The position numbers and the translations under genes were made by a program. Below are positions 1 to 10,022 of a DNA stretch of 64,000 nucleotides, piece after piece. Source of the stretch: an uncultured Rivularia sp. Its GTDB lineage: Bacteria > Cyanobacteriota > Cyanobacteriia > Cyanobacteriales > Nostocaceae. The notes beneath the pieces are model-generated. The model searched no databases. It was not told where the DNA came from and was given only the letters and a program-made list of their open reading frames with translations. How positions within the stretch are numbered: position 1 is the stretch's first letter; each line of letters starts with the position of its first letter. Where the stretch lies: NCBI GenBank assembly GCA_963665115.1, contig OY762007.1, forward strand, positions 5,216,001-5,280,000, given 5' to 3'.

Positions 1-141
1 ATAAATATCAATTAGGACTTATACACCCTAATTCACAAGAACTTTCTCATCAATACGATCATTTGAGTTTAGAAGAATTGCAATGGTTAGCGCAAGAAAT
101 CGACGATTATTTAGATGTACCTATTTCTAAAGTTTAATTTT

Positions 142-205
142 GTTCGTAGTAAGGACTTTAGTCCTCAATAATGCGGAAATAAGGAATAAATTCCTTACTA
201 CGAAC
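142..205. repeat. GTAG-type REP doublet (REPIN-like inverted pair)
   Basis: GTTCGTAGTAAGGACTTTAGTCCT ... AGGAATAAATTCCTTACTACGAAC: two small hairpins in inverted orientation. Confidence 0.7.
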
Positions 206-463
206 CTATGCCTTTTGATTATCCGACTTAAATCTTCCTTCTACAAAATCGCGCTTTTGTAAATGCTTGGTATTGCGTCCAGTTACCCGTTTACGCCACA
301 TTCTAAAGCTGGATTCTTTCATATAGCGACGCATGATATCTATAACTTCTTTTTCGCTTAAACCAAATTGAGTTTCAATTGCTTCAAACGGTGTTCTATC
401 TTCCCAAGCCATTTCGACTACGCGATCGATAGTTTCAGGACTTAATTCTGGTAATTTACTCAT
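206..463 (-). CDS. TIGR03643/DUF2805 family small protein
   Basis: EMAWEDRTPFEAI...SSFRMWRKRVTGR..KH motif typical of the family. Confidence 0.8.
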   Translation of the reverse strand: MSKLPELSPETIDRVVEMAWEDRTPFEAIETQFGLSEKEVIDIMRRYMKESSFRMWRKRVTGRNTKHLQKRDFVEGRFKSDNQKA

Positions 464-467
464 AATA

Positions 468-600
468 AAAGGTCAAAGGTTAAAGGTTAGAGGTCAAAGG
501 TTTAAATTTATTTAATAACTCATAATTCATAACTCATAACTCCTAACTTCCCATGCCCTATGCCCAATCCCCTATGCCCTATGCCCCATTCGCCATACTG
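468..600. repeat. Mixed heptamer STRR repeats (AAAGGTY, TAACTCA, TGCCCYA)
   Basis: Short tandem heptamers visible in the intergenic region. Confidence 0.7.
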
Positions 601-1389
601 ACAATTCCAGACCATTGAACTTTTCCTTTTTTAGCGCGACGGTGGGAGAAGAAGTTTTCGGGGTTTTGGTAGGTACAGTATGGTGCTAGGGAAATTTGCT
701 CGGGACTGATTCCTAGTTGTTCTAGCTGTAATGCGCTTACCTGCCGCACGTCTATACGGACTTTTCCGGGTTCTGAGTCGGGAAGTAAAGGGGAATTATC
801 TATTTGTTGTAAGCCGTTAATAATTGCTTTTTCGTCTTCTTCTGGTAAAAGTGTTGCTCCTAATTGTGCTGCAACGTCTTCGGACACTTGATAAACTTCT
901 CCGGCAATAGATGGGCCCCATTGCAATTCGTAAGTCTTGCAGTTTGCTTCCTTGAGATTGCATCCTAGAGATAGCTTGAGGAACTATTTTTTTCGCCGTA
1001 CCGCGCCATCCTGCATGAACTGCTGCTACCTGCCCCGTCTTGATATCGCCAATTAATGCTGGGGTACAGTCAGCACTTGCCGTCCACACAGCTTGTAAAG
1101 GGCGATCGCCGATCAAACCGTCTGCTTTAGCAAAGGTTTTTTCACCTACTTGCTCTACTTCATCTCCACCTAAAGAAAGTTTGTGTTCAATTTCTCGTGG
1201 GGTGAGAACCTTATTGCCATGTACTTGTTTGAGACGATAAGATGAAGCTTCTTCGTGAAGTATTTTGGTCATATCTTCAAGACTGTGAGACCAGAACTGT
1301 TGGGTAAAAAAGCCATGAGGAAATTCTTCGAGCAGACTGCAACTCAAATAGGGCAATTCCTGCCAACTGCGCCAGTGCCAAGTATGCAT
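579..1389 (-). pseudogene. pgeF: Peptidoglycan editing factor PgeF/YfiH, split by a +1 frameshift at ~913-919 (probably an assembly error)
   Basis: QVHG, ADCTP, HAGWRG in 817..1389; GPSI, CTY..FFSHR in 579..926; removing one base restores IAMGPSIAGEVY. Confidence 0.85.
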
Positions 1390-1477
1390 AATAGTTTACC
1401 TTTTTAGTTTTTGTCTTAATAAAAATCAATATTTCCAATTCATGCTAGCTTGAATAGGCTAGTTTCGGTCAGTAACT

Positions 1478-2293
1478 GTGGTATTAAATAAACAGAAGCT
1501 GCAAGCTGTTCTTTCGGTAGAAGGTAAAAATACTGAGTTACCTTTTGGCTTGCATATTTTTGAAAGCGTCGCTTCAACAAACAAAACTTTGTGGGAATTG
1601 CTTGCTCAGAAATCGGGTTCGAGATGTGTAGTAATTGCAGCCGAACAAACTGCCGGACGCGGACAATGGGGTCGGAGTTGGGTATCTGGGCAAGATGGAC
1701 TGTATCTTTCTTTCGGTTTTGCTCCTCAATTAGATATAAATTCAGGCTATCAGTTAACTTTAGCAACAGCATGGGGGATTGCCGAACAGCTCAGAAAGTA
1801 TGGTGTTGATGTTGAAATCAAGTGGCCTAACGATCTAATCTTAGATGGTCGTAAGTTGGGCGGAATCCTCACCGAAACCAAAGTTCGCGCTGGTAAAATT
1901 ACTCAAGCGGTAATTGGAGTTGGGATTAACTGGAAAAATCCGGTTCCCTCTAGTGGAATTAATTTATATTCTTGGAATCGTCAAGCAAATACAACTCAAA
2001 TTTCTTGTTTAGAGAAATTAGCTGCCGTGGTTTTGCTGGGAATAGATTCCGGTATACAGTGTTTGGAGAGAGAAGGAGTCAATATATTATTGTCTCGCTA
2101 TATCAAATTACTTTCTAATATGGGCGAACAAGTTCACGTTAACGATGATTTTTCTGGAACCGTAGTCGGCGTTACTACGACAGGAAATCTTCATGTTCGC
2201 AGGTCAGCTCCAGATACCTTATCTGTAACACCAGCATCTATTTACCTCCAGCCCGGTACAATCAGTTTAGGCTACCGTAAATATAAGGATTAA
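1478..2293 (+). CDS. birA: Biotin--[acetyl-CoA-carboxylase] ligase
   Basis: STN, QTAGRGQWGRSW, IKWPND, KLGGILTE, GVGIN motifs. Confidence 0.93.
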   Translation: MVLNKQKLQAVLSVEGKNTELPFGLHIFESVASTNKTLWELLAQKSGSRCVVIAAEQTAGRGQWGRSWVSGQDGLYLSFGFAPQLDINSGYQLTLATAWGIAEQLRKYGVDVEIKWPNDLILDGRKLGGILTETKVRAGKITQAVIGVGINWKNPVPSSGINLYSWNRQANTTQISCLEKLAAVVLLGIDSGIQCLEREGVNILLSRYIKLLSNMGEQVHVNDDFSGTVVGVTTTGNLHVRRSAPDTLSVTPASIYLQPGTISLGYRKYKD

Positions 2294-2553
2294 GTTGCCA
2301 CTTCTTGTCCAAAATTTTAAAATTGGACGAGAATTTACTGAGATTATCTGATTTGTCAGCCAATGAAGGGATTTTGGATTTGCGATTTTGGATTGTCCCC
2401 ATAAATAAATTTAGGGGCTTGAGGATTTTGGATTCACCATTTTAGGTTTTTCCATAGTTGAAACTAAGGTCTTGAAACCATTCATAATTCAATCCAAAAT
2501 CTAAAATCTGAAATTTTTGGTCATAGTTACACTCTTGTTGATTATTTAAACCA

Positions 2554-4296
2554 ATGACGCAGCACAAAAATGGCGATAACAATTCGCAGTCGGCATGGCA
2601 GCGGTCGCTACCAGCACAAAGCCTTTGTTGGCTTGGTAGCTTTAGCTTACTAAGCAGCGGCTTTGTAGTTGCTCAAACATCTCCTGGAATAGACAATATT
2701 GTTCCTACTGTGAAAATACAGGCAAGGAGTGCTAAAAAAGTAACCACAGGTAAAGCTGTTACTATCAGTGGCGCTCCGAAGCCGGAGTCGTCTAAACCTA
2801 AAGTCGAATTTTCTCAACGTCGAACCAAGCTCAGACAAAGATTATCGAAAAAAAAATCTTCGCCTTCTTCAAGTTCTAAAAAGCCAAAAGTCAAAGTTAC
2901 TACTAATAAAAAAGGTGCGAGTACTTTAAGAAGTAGATTAAAACGCTCTCGCACTAATTCTGTAGTCGTCAAGCTCAAAAAGAAAGCGCCGACTAACAGT
3001 CCAAGAGTAGTAATTAAAAAGAATAATCCTAATAGAGTAAAGCCAACTGCGCCAAAAACTCGTATTGCTTCACCTAAAAAGCCAAGGACAATTCTTCCTA
3101 GAACTACTACCGTAAGAAAACCCAAGAAAGATTACAACAACGCTTTAATCGATCCGACAAATTACGGTAAAAAGTACCAAGCACCTAATTCTGTAGTGAT
3201 TACAGGGCGTAAAAGCGGTTGTACGTCTATCGCAAGCAGACAAGGAATTTCCGGTAATTGCGCTGTTTCTAGAGGTCAAAATGCTTCTAAAAAGACTCAG
3301 ACAGCGAAGAAAACCACACCTAGCTGGTTAAAAGCAAGTCAAGATGCTTCTATTGCTAAGGTTGCACCTTCAAGAAGCGTTGCTGCAAAAACCAAAAAAA
3401 TAGCTGCATCTCCTAAAAAGGTAAGTTCAACAGAAGTAACCAAAACTGTATTACCATCTCCCGCAGCTAAGACTTATCGTGCTACCAAAACTATTAAACA
3501 GGTTGCTTCTGCGACTCCGAATGTAGTTAAGAAAGCCGTTAAGTCTGTTACTCCAGCTATTCGTACTAATGTTGCAAATAGAGTTGCTTCTCGCAGCGTT
3601 TCTAAGCAAGCATATAGTTCCAATCGCTTTATTCCACAACCTAGCAGCTTTACTCCCCAGGCTACAGTTAGTCAAGAAGCCATTGCACCAAGCGGTGGAA
3701 TGCTACCAGCGCCAATGATGGCTAACAACTTCGCACCTCGTCCGAGTGCTGTAGCTTACGATATTCCGCTTGCATCGGCACTACCAAAAGTTGCTTATAG
3801 CCGTTCTGCTTACAGTTCTAACTATAATGGCACCGGATTAGTATTTCCTCTTTCCGTGCCCTCTGCAATCAGTTCCGTATTTGGTTGGAGACAACATCCT
3901 TTAACTGGCAATCAGCGTTTCCATTCGGGTATAGATTTGGCCGCAGCAACTGGAACTCCGGTTTTGGCAGCTTATTCAGGACAAGTCGAAATTTCTGATT
4001 GGGTAGGCGGTTACGGTTTAACAGTTGTCTTAAATCACAACAGCGCCAAACAAACACTTTACGGACATATGTCCGAACTATTTGTTCGTCCCGGCCAGTG
4101 GGTAGAGCGAGGAACCGTTATTGGTCGCGTGGGCAGCACAGGTAATTCTACCGGTCCCCACCTACACTTTGAAACACGTCAGTTAACTCCTAACGGTTGG
4201 GTAGCAACAAATCCAGGCGCACAATTACAGCAAGCGCTTAATCAGTTCCTACAATCTTTACAAACTGCACAAGTTGTCGAAGAACCTGGCAGTTAG
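2554..4296 (+). CDS. M23 family metallopeptidase with long basic low-complexity N-terminus
   Basis: C-terminal HSGIDL, YGHM, GSTGNSTGPHLHFE motifs; N-terminal hydrophobic segment. Confidence 0.88.
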   Translation: MTQHKNGDNNSQSAWQRSLPAQSLCWLGSFSLLSSGFVVAQTSPGIDNIVPTVKIQARSAKKVTTGKAVTISGAPKPESSKPKVEFSQRRTKLRQRLSKKKSSPSSSSKKPKVKVTTNKKGASTLRSRLKRSRTNSVVVKLKKKAPTNSPRVVIKKNNPNRVKPTAPKTRIASPKKPRTILPRTTTVRKPKKDYNNALIDPTNYGKKYQAPNSVVITGRKSGCTSIASRQGISGNCAVSRGQNASKKTQTAKKTTPSWLKASQDASIAKVAPSRSVAAKTKKIAASPKKVSSTEVTKTVLPSPAAKTYRATKTIKQVASATPNVVKKAVKSVTPAIRTNVANRVASRSVSKQAYSSNRFIPQPSSFTPQATVSQEAIAPSGGMLPAPMMANNFAPRPSAVAYDIPLASALPKVAYSRSAYSSNYNGTGLVFPLSVPSAISSVFGWRQHPLTGNQRFHSGIDLAAATGTPVLAAYSGQVEISDWVGGYGLTVVLNHNSAKQTLYGHMSELFVRPGQWVERGTVIGRVGSTGNSTGPHLHFETRQLTPNGWVATNPGAQLQQALNQFLQSLQTAQVVEEPGS

Positions 4297-4400
4297 GGAC
4301 AAGGGGACAAGGGGACAAGGGGACAAGGGGATGGGGTGATAATTCCTAACTACCAATTACCAATCCCCAATCCCCAATCCCCAATCCCCAATCCCCAATC
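4296..4400. repeat. STRR tandem repeats (GGGGACAA; CCCCAAT)
   Basis: Tandem 8-mers and heptamers between convergent genes. Confidence 0.85.
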
Positions 4401-4413
4401 ACCTACTCCCTTT

Positions 4414-5094
4414 TCACAAATACCCATGTTCGGCTAAGAATGTGGGTGTGATTTCATTTTGGGTAGTTCCAGATGAAATAGAATTATTTTCTTTGCCAAA
4501 ATAAATAAATTTCTCTACGTATTTACCGAGGACATCACCTTCTAAATTGACTAAACTACCGGGAATTAAATCGCGAAGATTTGTTTCGGCATAGGTTACG
4601 GGAATCACTGCTACTTTAAACTGGGAAATCTCTGGCTCATATTCAGCCACAGTAAGGCTGATGCCATTGATAGCAATGCTGCCTTTGGGTACTATATAAC
4701 GGTCAATCGTATGAGATGCGCTAAATGTCATTTCCCAAGAAGTCGCTGTCTGTTCGGCACATATTAATTTACCAATACCGTCAACGTGTCCCATCACAAA
4801 ATGACCGCCGACTTTACTACCAACCCGCAAAGAAGTTTCTAAATTGACGTAGCGATGTCGATCTACTAGTTCTCCTAAAACGGTGCGACGCAAAGTTTCC
4901 GGGGAGGCAGTGGCAATAAAACCGTCTTTGGTAATATCTTCTACCGTCAAGCAAACTCCATCTACTGCTACGCTATCTCCATAAGCTAAGTCTTGCATAA
5001 TTGCCAACCATGAAGAGTCCGAGCAGGTAATTTGCCAAGAATCATCTTCTAGCGGTTTCATCGTTCCTAATGCTTGAATTATTCCTGTAAACAC
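4414..5094 (-). CDS. ribE: Riboflavin synthase (alpha chain)
   Basis: N-terminal MFTGII, GDSVAVDGVCLTV, GGHFVMGHVDG, KGSIAINGISLTV. Confidence 0.95.
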   Translation of the reverse strand: MFTGIIQALGTMKPLEDDSWQITCSDSSWLAIMQDLAYGDSVAVDGVCLTVEDITKDGFIATASPETLRRTVLGELVDRHRYVNLETSLRVGSKVGGHFVMGHVDGIGKLICAEQTATSWEMTFSASHTIDRYIVPKGSIAINGISLTVAEYEPEISQFKVAVIPVTYAETNLRDLIPGSLVNLEGDVLGKYVEKFIYFGKENNSISSGTTQNEITPTFLAEHGYL

Positions 5095-5435
5095 GGCTTT
5101 TTTGTGCGACTAACTCTATATATTGCTTATTTTCAACTTAAATTAATTAGTAATTCTGCCATAGTTTGTTGTTGTTAAGTATTATTTGTTACCTCATAAT
5201 GTATAAAACTATAAACACATTTATAACGAACACAGGGCAAAAGGTGGGTAAGTAGACTATTGTAGAACCAATAAGGTTAGAATGACCGCTGGTGTTCGCA
5301 ACCTTTGGGAGTTTAATATAAGCAATTATAGAAGCAGGGAGACTTATGTGTAAGGTTTTTCAAACTTGTTCAGGCAAGAGTATTATTTGTTACCAAAATT
5401 ATAGAAGCGCTCAAAGGAATGTAGAGGCATAGCCG

Positions 5436-5939
5436 ATGATTGAAATGAAAGTTGCTGGTATCGCGTTGGATGCAATTACTCGCAGTCCGATAGTACTTTT
5501 AAAAGATGCAACAGACCGCCGCGCTTTGCCAATTTACATTGGTCAAGAACAGGCAAGAGCAATTATGGCAGCACAGGAGAATCAAAAAGCTCCTAGACCA
5601 TTAACTCACGATTTGATTGTGAATATCCTAGAGGGGTGGGATATGGTTTTAGATAAAATAATTATCCACACCCTGCAAAAAGACACCTTCTATGCATCTT
5701 TAATCTTAAAGCAAGGTGACACTCAAAAGGAAGTTGATGCTCGTCCTAGCGATGCGATCGCCGTTGCATTGCGTACAAATGCACCAATTTGGGTGATGGA
5801 AGAAGTGGTTGCAGAAGCTTCAATTCCGGTAGATAGAGATGCAGATGAAGCCGAAAGAGAAGCCTTCCGGGAATTCGTTTCTAATCTCCGTCCAGAAGAT
5901 TTAATCAAGCGTTTTGGTGACAGTACTAGTAATAGTTAA
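5436..5939 (+). CDS. Bifunctional nuclease family protein (DUF151)
   Basis: LPIYIG, RPLTHDL, DARPSDAIAVAL motifs. Confidence 0.9.
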   Translation: MIEMKVAGIALDAITRSPIVLLKDATDRRALPIYIGQEQARAIMAAQENQKAPRPLTHDLIVNILEGWDMVLDKIIIHTLQKDTFYASLILKQGDTQKEVDARPSDAIAVALRTNAPIWVMEEVVAEASIPVDRDADEAEREAFREFVSNLRPEDLIKRFGDSTSNS

Positions 5940-6056
5940 CGATTTTAGATTGGGGATTTTGGATTTTGGATTACAGCTATATTTTGATTAATATTCGTTA
6001 GAAACTTTCTACTCAATAATCTAAAATCTAAAATCCAAAATCCAAGCAGGAGAAAG

Positions 6057-7187
6057 ATGCAATACCGACGCTTCGGGAAAACAAATCTACATTTATCAGT
6101 GTTTTCCTTGGGAACAATGCGCTCCACCGCTTCACTTGCAAATGCAAGACGAACTATTCAAGAAGCAATAACGCAAGGGATTAATCATATAGAAACTGCT
6201 GGTGGTTATGGTAAAAGTGAGGAGTATTTAGGTGAAGTGCTTAAAGCCGGGTTGTGTGTATCCCGCGATAAGCTGTATGTTACCAGTAAAATCCCACCCA
6301 GAGTTGATGCTGATTCGATGCGTCGGTGTATCAATAAATCTTTGGAAGATTTGCAGCTAGATTATCTTGATTGTTTGGCTATTCATGGCTTAAATACATG
6401 GGAGCATCTTGAGTGGGTGCGGGCTGAAAATGGCTGTATGCAAGCGGTACGAGAAGCCGTAAAGTCTGGTAGAGTACGTCACGTAGGTTTTTCTACCCAT
6501 GCACCCTTAGAAATAATCTTGGCAGCGATTAATACAGATTTTTTTGAATTTGTTAATTTGCATTATTACTATTTTTTTCAGCGTAACGCCGCAGCGGTTG
6601 AGTTAGCTGCTGAAAAAGACATGGGTATATTTATCATTTCTCCTGCGGATAAAGGAGGAAGATTATATACACCACCCGAAAAATTAAAAGAATTAACTGA
6701 TCCGTTTTCTCCCCTAGAATTAAACTATCGTTTTTTACTCAGTGACTTTCGTATAACAACATTGAGTGTCGGCGCTGCAACTGCCTCGGAATTAATTGAA
6801 CCTTTAAAATCTGCCAACAACGACGGGGAATTGAGTTTAGAAGAAACTTCGGTATTTGAAAAATTAGAAAAACATCAAAATACAGTTTTAGACGCAGAAA
6901 AATGCAGTCAGTGTTATGAATGCTTACCCTGCCCAGAAAATATTAACATTCCCGAAGTATTGCGACTGCGGAATTTAGCGGTTGCATACGATATGACAGA
7001 CTACGGAAAATATCGCTACGGAATGTTTGAAAATGCCGGACATTGGTTTCCAGGGATGAAGGGGAGTCGGTGTACAGAATGTGGGGAATGTTTACCCAGG
7101 TGTCCCGAAGAATTGGATATTCCCGCTTTGTTGAAAGATACTCATCAAAGGTTGAAGGGGAAAGAAGGGAGGAGGTTGTGGGAGTAG
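6057..7187 (+). CDS. Aldo/keto reductase with C-terminal 4Fe-4S dicluster
   Basis: YRRFGKT..LGTMR, ETA.GYG.SE, GFSTH; CxxCxxCxPCP and CxxCxxCxxxCP. Confidence 0.9.
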   Translation: MQYRRFGKTNLHLSVFSLGTMRSTASLANARRTIQEAITQGINHIETAGGYGKSEEYLGEVLKAGLCVSRDKLYVTSKIPPRVDADSMRRCINKSLEDLQLDYLDCLAIHGLNTWEHLEWVRAENGCMQAVREAVKSGRVRHVGFSTHAPLEIILAAINTDFFEFVNLHYYYFFQRNAAAVELAAEKDMGIFIISPADKGGRLYTPPEKLKELTDPFSPLELNYRFLLSDFRITTLSVGAATASELIEPLKSANNDGELSLEETSVFEKLEKHQNTVLDAEKCSQCYECLPCPENINIPEVLRLRNLAVAYDMTDYGKYRYGMFENAGHWFPGMKGSRCTECGECLPRCPEELDIPALLKDTHQRLKGKEGRRLWE

Positions 7188-7366
7188 AGATTTGAAATTT
7201 TAACGACGGATGCGTTTATGTAGGAATTTTGTCAGGTATATGACGCGGGGAATAATAATGTTTTAACGTCACGCACTAATAAGCATTTGTAAGAGATTAT
7301 GATTGCCGTAGTTTATTCCCTTAATATTGTAAGTAGCATCGGTTATGAAATCTAATCAGCGAAAAG

Positions 7367-8587
7367 ATGTTTAAAAATATCAAGATAGAAAATTTCCGCT
7401 GTTTTAAATCTTTTGAACTTCAGCAGCTTGGCAGAGTAAATTTGCTTGTTGGTGAAAATAATAGTGGTAAAACATCAATATTAGAAGCAATTCAACTTTT
7501 GTGTTCGCGGACTAACCTTGAACCACTCAGCGAAATGATGATTCATCGAGGTGAATATTTTTGGGATGATGATGGTAAAGCAAATCGTGAACTTGATATT
7601 AAACATCTTTTTTATGGTCATGAAATTGAGCCAAGTTTAAAAATATCTATATCAAGTTTGCGGCTAGATAATACTAGCGAACAACTAAATTTATCAATAG
7701 CAAGACGTTCAGAATCACTATTAGATTTGATAAATAATTTTGAGGGTATTGCTCGTTCTTCTAAATATAATGTTCCAGAAAGTATAATTAAACAGATAGA
7801 AATACTTAAAGACGAATCAAAGAAACAAGTTAGCATTACCCTTGAGAATAAATTTTTTCATAATTTGGAAGAATTAGAGTTTTCGGTAGAGTATATTTAT
7901 GGCAATAATTCAAAAGAAAGAAAAATGCTTCTTTCGCCAAATCGTTGTCTTGATGAAAATCTTGTAAGCAATTCTTCTAAAGATATAAGGAATCAGCAAC
8001 AAAAAGCTCTGTTTGTAACATCCTCATCTTTAACAACACATAAGATGATTGAATTATTTGACAGCGTAGTACTTACTGATGATGAGAATCTTGTATTAGA
8101 AGCGCTTCAAACGATAGAACCCAATATAGAAAAAATTGCTTATGTTAATGTTAACCCTTATGTAATCAGAAATTCTTTTGAATCTCGTAGTGGTTTTGTT
8201 GTACGTCTTTCTGATAGCAATCAGCGCGTACCTATTGGCAGTATGGGAGATGGTGTATGGCGGATGTTGGGACTTTCTTTAGCAATTGTATGCGCCCAAG
8301 ATGGAGTACTATTTGTAGATGAAATTGATACCGGACTTCATTTCACTGCCATGTCTGATATGTGGAAATTAATTTGTAAAACAGCTAAAGAATTGAATGT
8401 GCAGGTTTTTGCTACTACACATAATAGTGACTGTTGGAGAAGTTTAGCAAGCATTGTTGAAACAGAAGAAGATGCTACAAAAGATGGAATTACAATTCAA
8501 CGTATCGAGAAGGATAAAGATGTAGCAGTATCTTTTAACGAACGTGAAATTGTCATCGCAGCCGAAAGAGAAATTGAGGTGCGATGA
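7367..8587 (+). CDS. ABC-type (AAA_15/AAA_21) ATPase, putative defence component
   Basis: IENFRCF, Walker A GENNSGKT, signature-like SMGDG, Walker B LFVDEIDTGLH, H-loop ATTHN. Confidence 0.88.
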   Translation: MFKNIKIENFRCFKSFELQQLGRVNLLVGENNSGKTSILEAIQLLCSRTNLEPLSEMMIHRGEYFWDDDGKANRELDIKHLFYGHEIEPSLKISISSLRLDNTSEQLNLSIARRSESLLDLINNFEGIARSSKYNVPESIIKQIEILKDESKKQVSITLENKFFHNLEELEFSVEYIYGNNSKERKMLLSPNRCLDENLVSNSSKDIRNQQQKALFVTSSSLTTHKMIELFDSVVLTDDENLVLEALQTIEPNIEKIAYVNVNPYVIRNSFESRSGFVVRLSDSNQRVPIGSMGDGVWRMLGLSLAIVCAQDGVLFVDEIDTGLHFTAMSDMWKLICKTAKELNVQVFATTHNSDCWRSLASIVETEEDATKDGITIQRIEKDKDVAVSFNEREIVIAAEREIEVR

Positions 8588-8591
8588 TTTA

Positions 8592-9245
8592 ATGGCAAAG
8601 AAAAAGAAATATATTTCAAAGAAGTTGATAGTAGAAGGGGAACAAGATAAAAGAGTTATTCCAGAATTTATTGAAGCTAAAGGAATTTCTTGGGGAGAAA
8701 GACGAGATACAGCGATTGTTGATATTGAAGTTTATGGTGGTAATCAATTTATAGATTCAGATTTTATTGGAACTGAATTAAAAGCTTCTGGTTTGACAAA
8801 TTTGGGATTAATAGTTGATGCAGATGATAATCCTTCAGGATGTTGGGAAAGTATAAGAAACGCTTGCTTAAAGATAATGCCCGATTTTCCACAAAAATTA
8901 CCTAATACAGGATTAATTCATGAAAATAATGGGATTAAATTTGGTGTCTGGATAATGCCAGATAATCAACAAAAAGGAATGTTAGAAACTTTCTTGGCAT
9001 ATATGGTTACAGATAAAAATGAATATCTTTGGAAATACGCCCAAGAAGTAGTTAAAGAAGCGAAAAATAAAGGCGCTGCATTTAAAGATTCTCATTTTGA
9101 TAAAGCTAATATCTACACTTGGCTAGCTTGGCAAAACGAGCCTGGTAGACAGTTACATCAAGCTATTAAAGAACGTATTCTAAATCCAAAGCATCCGAAA
9201 GCGGAAATGTTTTTTAATTGGTTTAAAGCTTTGTATGATTTATAG
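8592..9245 (+). CDS. DUF3226-type TOPRIM-like protein, partner of upstream ATPase
   Basis: LIVEGEQD, GLIVDAD, WIMPDN..GMLETFL; ATG 4 nt after the ATPase stop. Confidence 0.75.
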   Translation: MAKKKKYISKKLIVEGEQDKRVIPEFIEAKGISWGERRDTAIVDIEVYGGNQFIDSDFIGTELKASGLTNLGLIVDADDNPSGCWESIRNACLKIMPDFPQKLPNTGLIHENNGIKFGVWIMPDNQQKGMLETFLAYMVTDKNEYLWKYAQEVVKEAKNKGAAFKDSHFDKANIYTWLAWQNEPGRQLHQAIKERILNPKHPKAEMFFNWFKALYDL

Positions 9246-9285
9246 AGATTTTTGATAAACGTATACAATTATTCAATGCCCAATC

Positions 9286-9894
9286 ATGCAAATAACTCAA
9301 CAGCGCTATTACACACCTGAAGAATATCTGGAATTAGAAGAAACTGCTGAGAATAAAAACGAATATATTGACGGAGAAATTATTCCGATGGCAGGTGCAT
9401 CTACCAATCACAATCGTATAGCAGGTAATTTATATTCTGCTGCTAACTTTGCTTTCAGAAAGGAAAATTATGAAGCTTTTATCAGCGATGTACGTTTGTG
9501 GATACCTAAACGACGAATATATTTTTATCCCGACGTGATGATTGTGGCTGGTGAAGCGGAGTATTATAATAACCGCACGGATACGATTTTAAATCCACAG
9601 ATGATTATAGAAGTTTTATCCAAATCAACCAAAGGTTATGATAAAGAAGGTAAATTTGAAATTTATCGTACAGTTGAATCTTTTCAAGAATATCTATTAA
9701 TTGACCAAACTAAAATTCGTGTCGAGCAGTATTTCAAAACTGGAAAGAAACAATGGGTAATGCGCGAATACGATGAGGAAGATGAGAATGTTACTTTTAA
9801 TAGCTTAACCTTTGAAATTTTGTTAGAAGATTTGTATAGTAAGGTGAAGTTTGAAGCGGTTGAGTTGGAAAATCATGGGAGTGAAGAAGTTTAG
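9286..9894 (+). CDS. Uma2 family (DUF820) PD-(D/E)XK endonuclease-like protein
   Basis: EYIDGEI, H..I..NL, YPDVM, IIEVLSKST, EYLLIDQ. Confidence 0.9.
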   Translation: MQITQQRYYTPEEYLELEETAENKNEYIDGEIIPMAGASTNHNRIAGNLYSAANFAFRKENYEAFISDVRLWIPKRRIYFYPDVMIVAGEAEYYNNRTDTILNPQMIIEVLSKSTKGYDKEGKFEIYRTVESFQEYLLIDQTKIRVEQYFKTGKKQWVMREYDEEDENVTFNSLTFEILLEDLYSKVKFEAVELENHGSEEV

Positions 9895-9996
9895 TTACAA
9901 GATTTTTTGTTTGATAATTGTTTAAAAGCCAATAACCAGGGGCGAACGTGGCTGTATAAAAGTTTAAGGACTTAGATTACATTACTTGCTTTTTGT

Positions 9997-10020
9997 TAAT
10001 GAATACTTTAGTATTCATTA
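9997..10020. promoter_or_regulatory. Perfect palindromic operator upstream of the methyltransferase (putative C-protein site)
   Basis: TAATGAATACT-TT-AGTATTCATTA; contains TGAATACTTTAGT, also present upstream of the C gene. Confidence 0.65.
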
Positions 10021-10022
10021 TT

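Noticed and set aside
5095..5435. FMN riboswitch upstream of ribE, or cobalamin riboswitch upstream of cobT
   Set aside because: No recognisable conserved aptamer motifs
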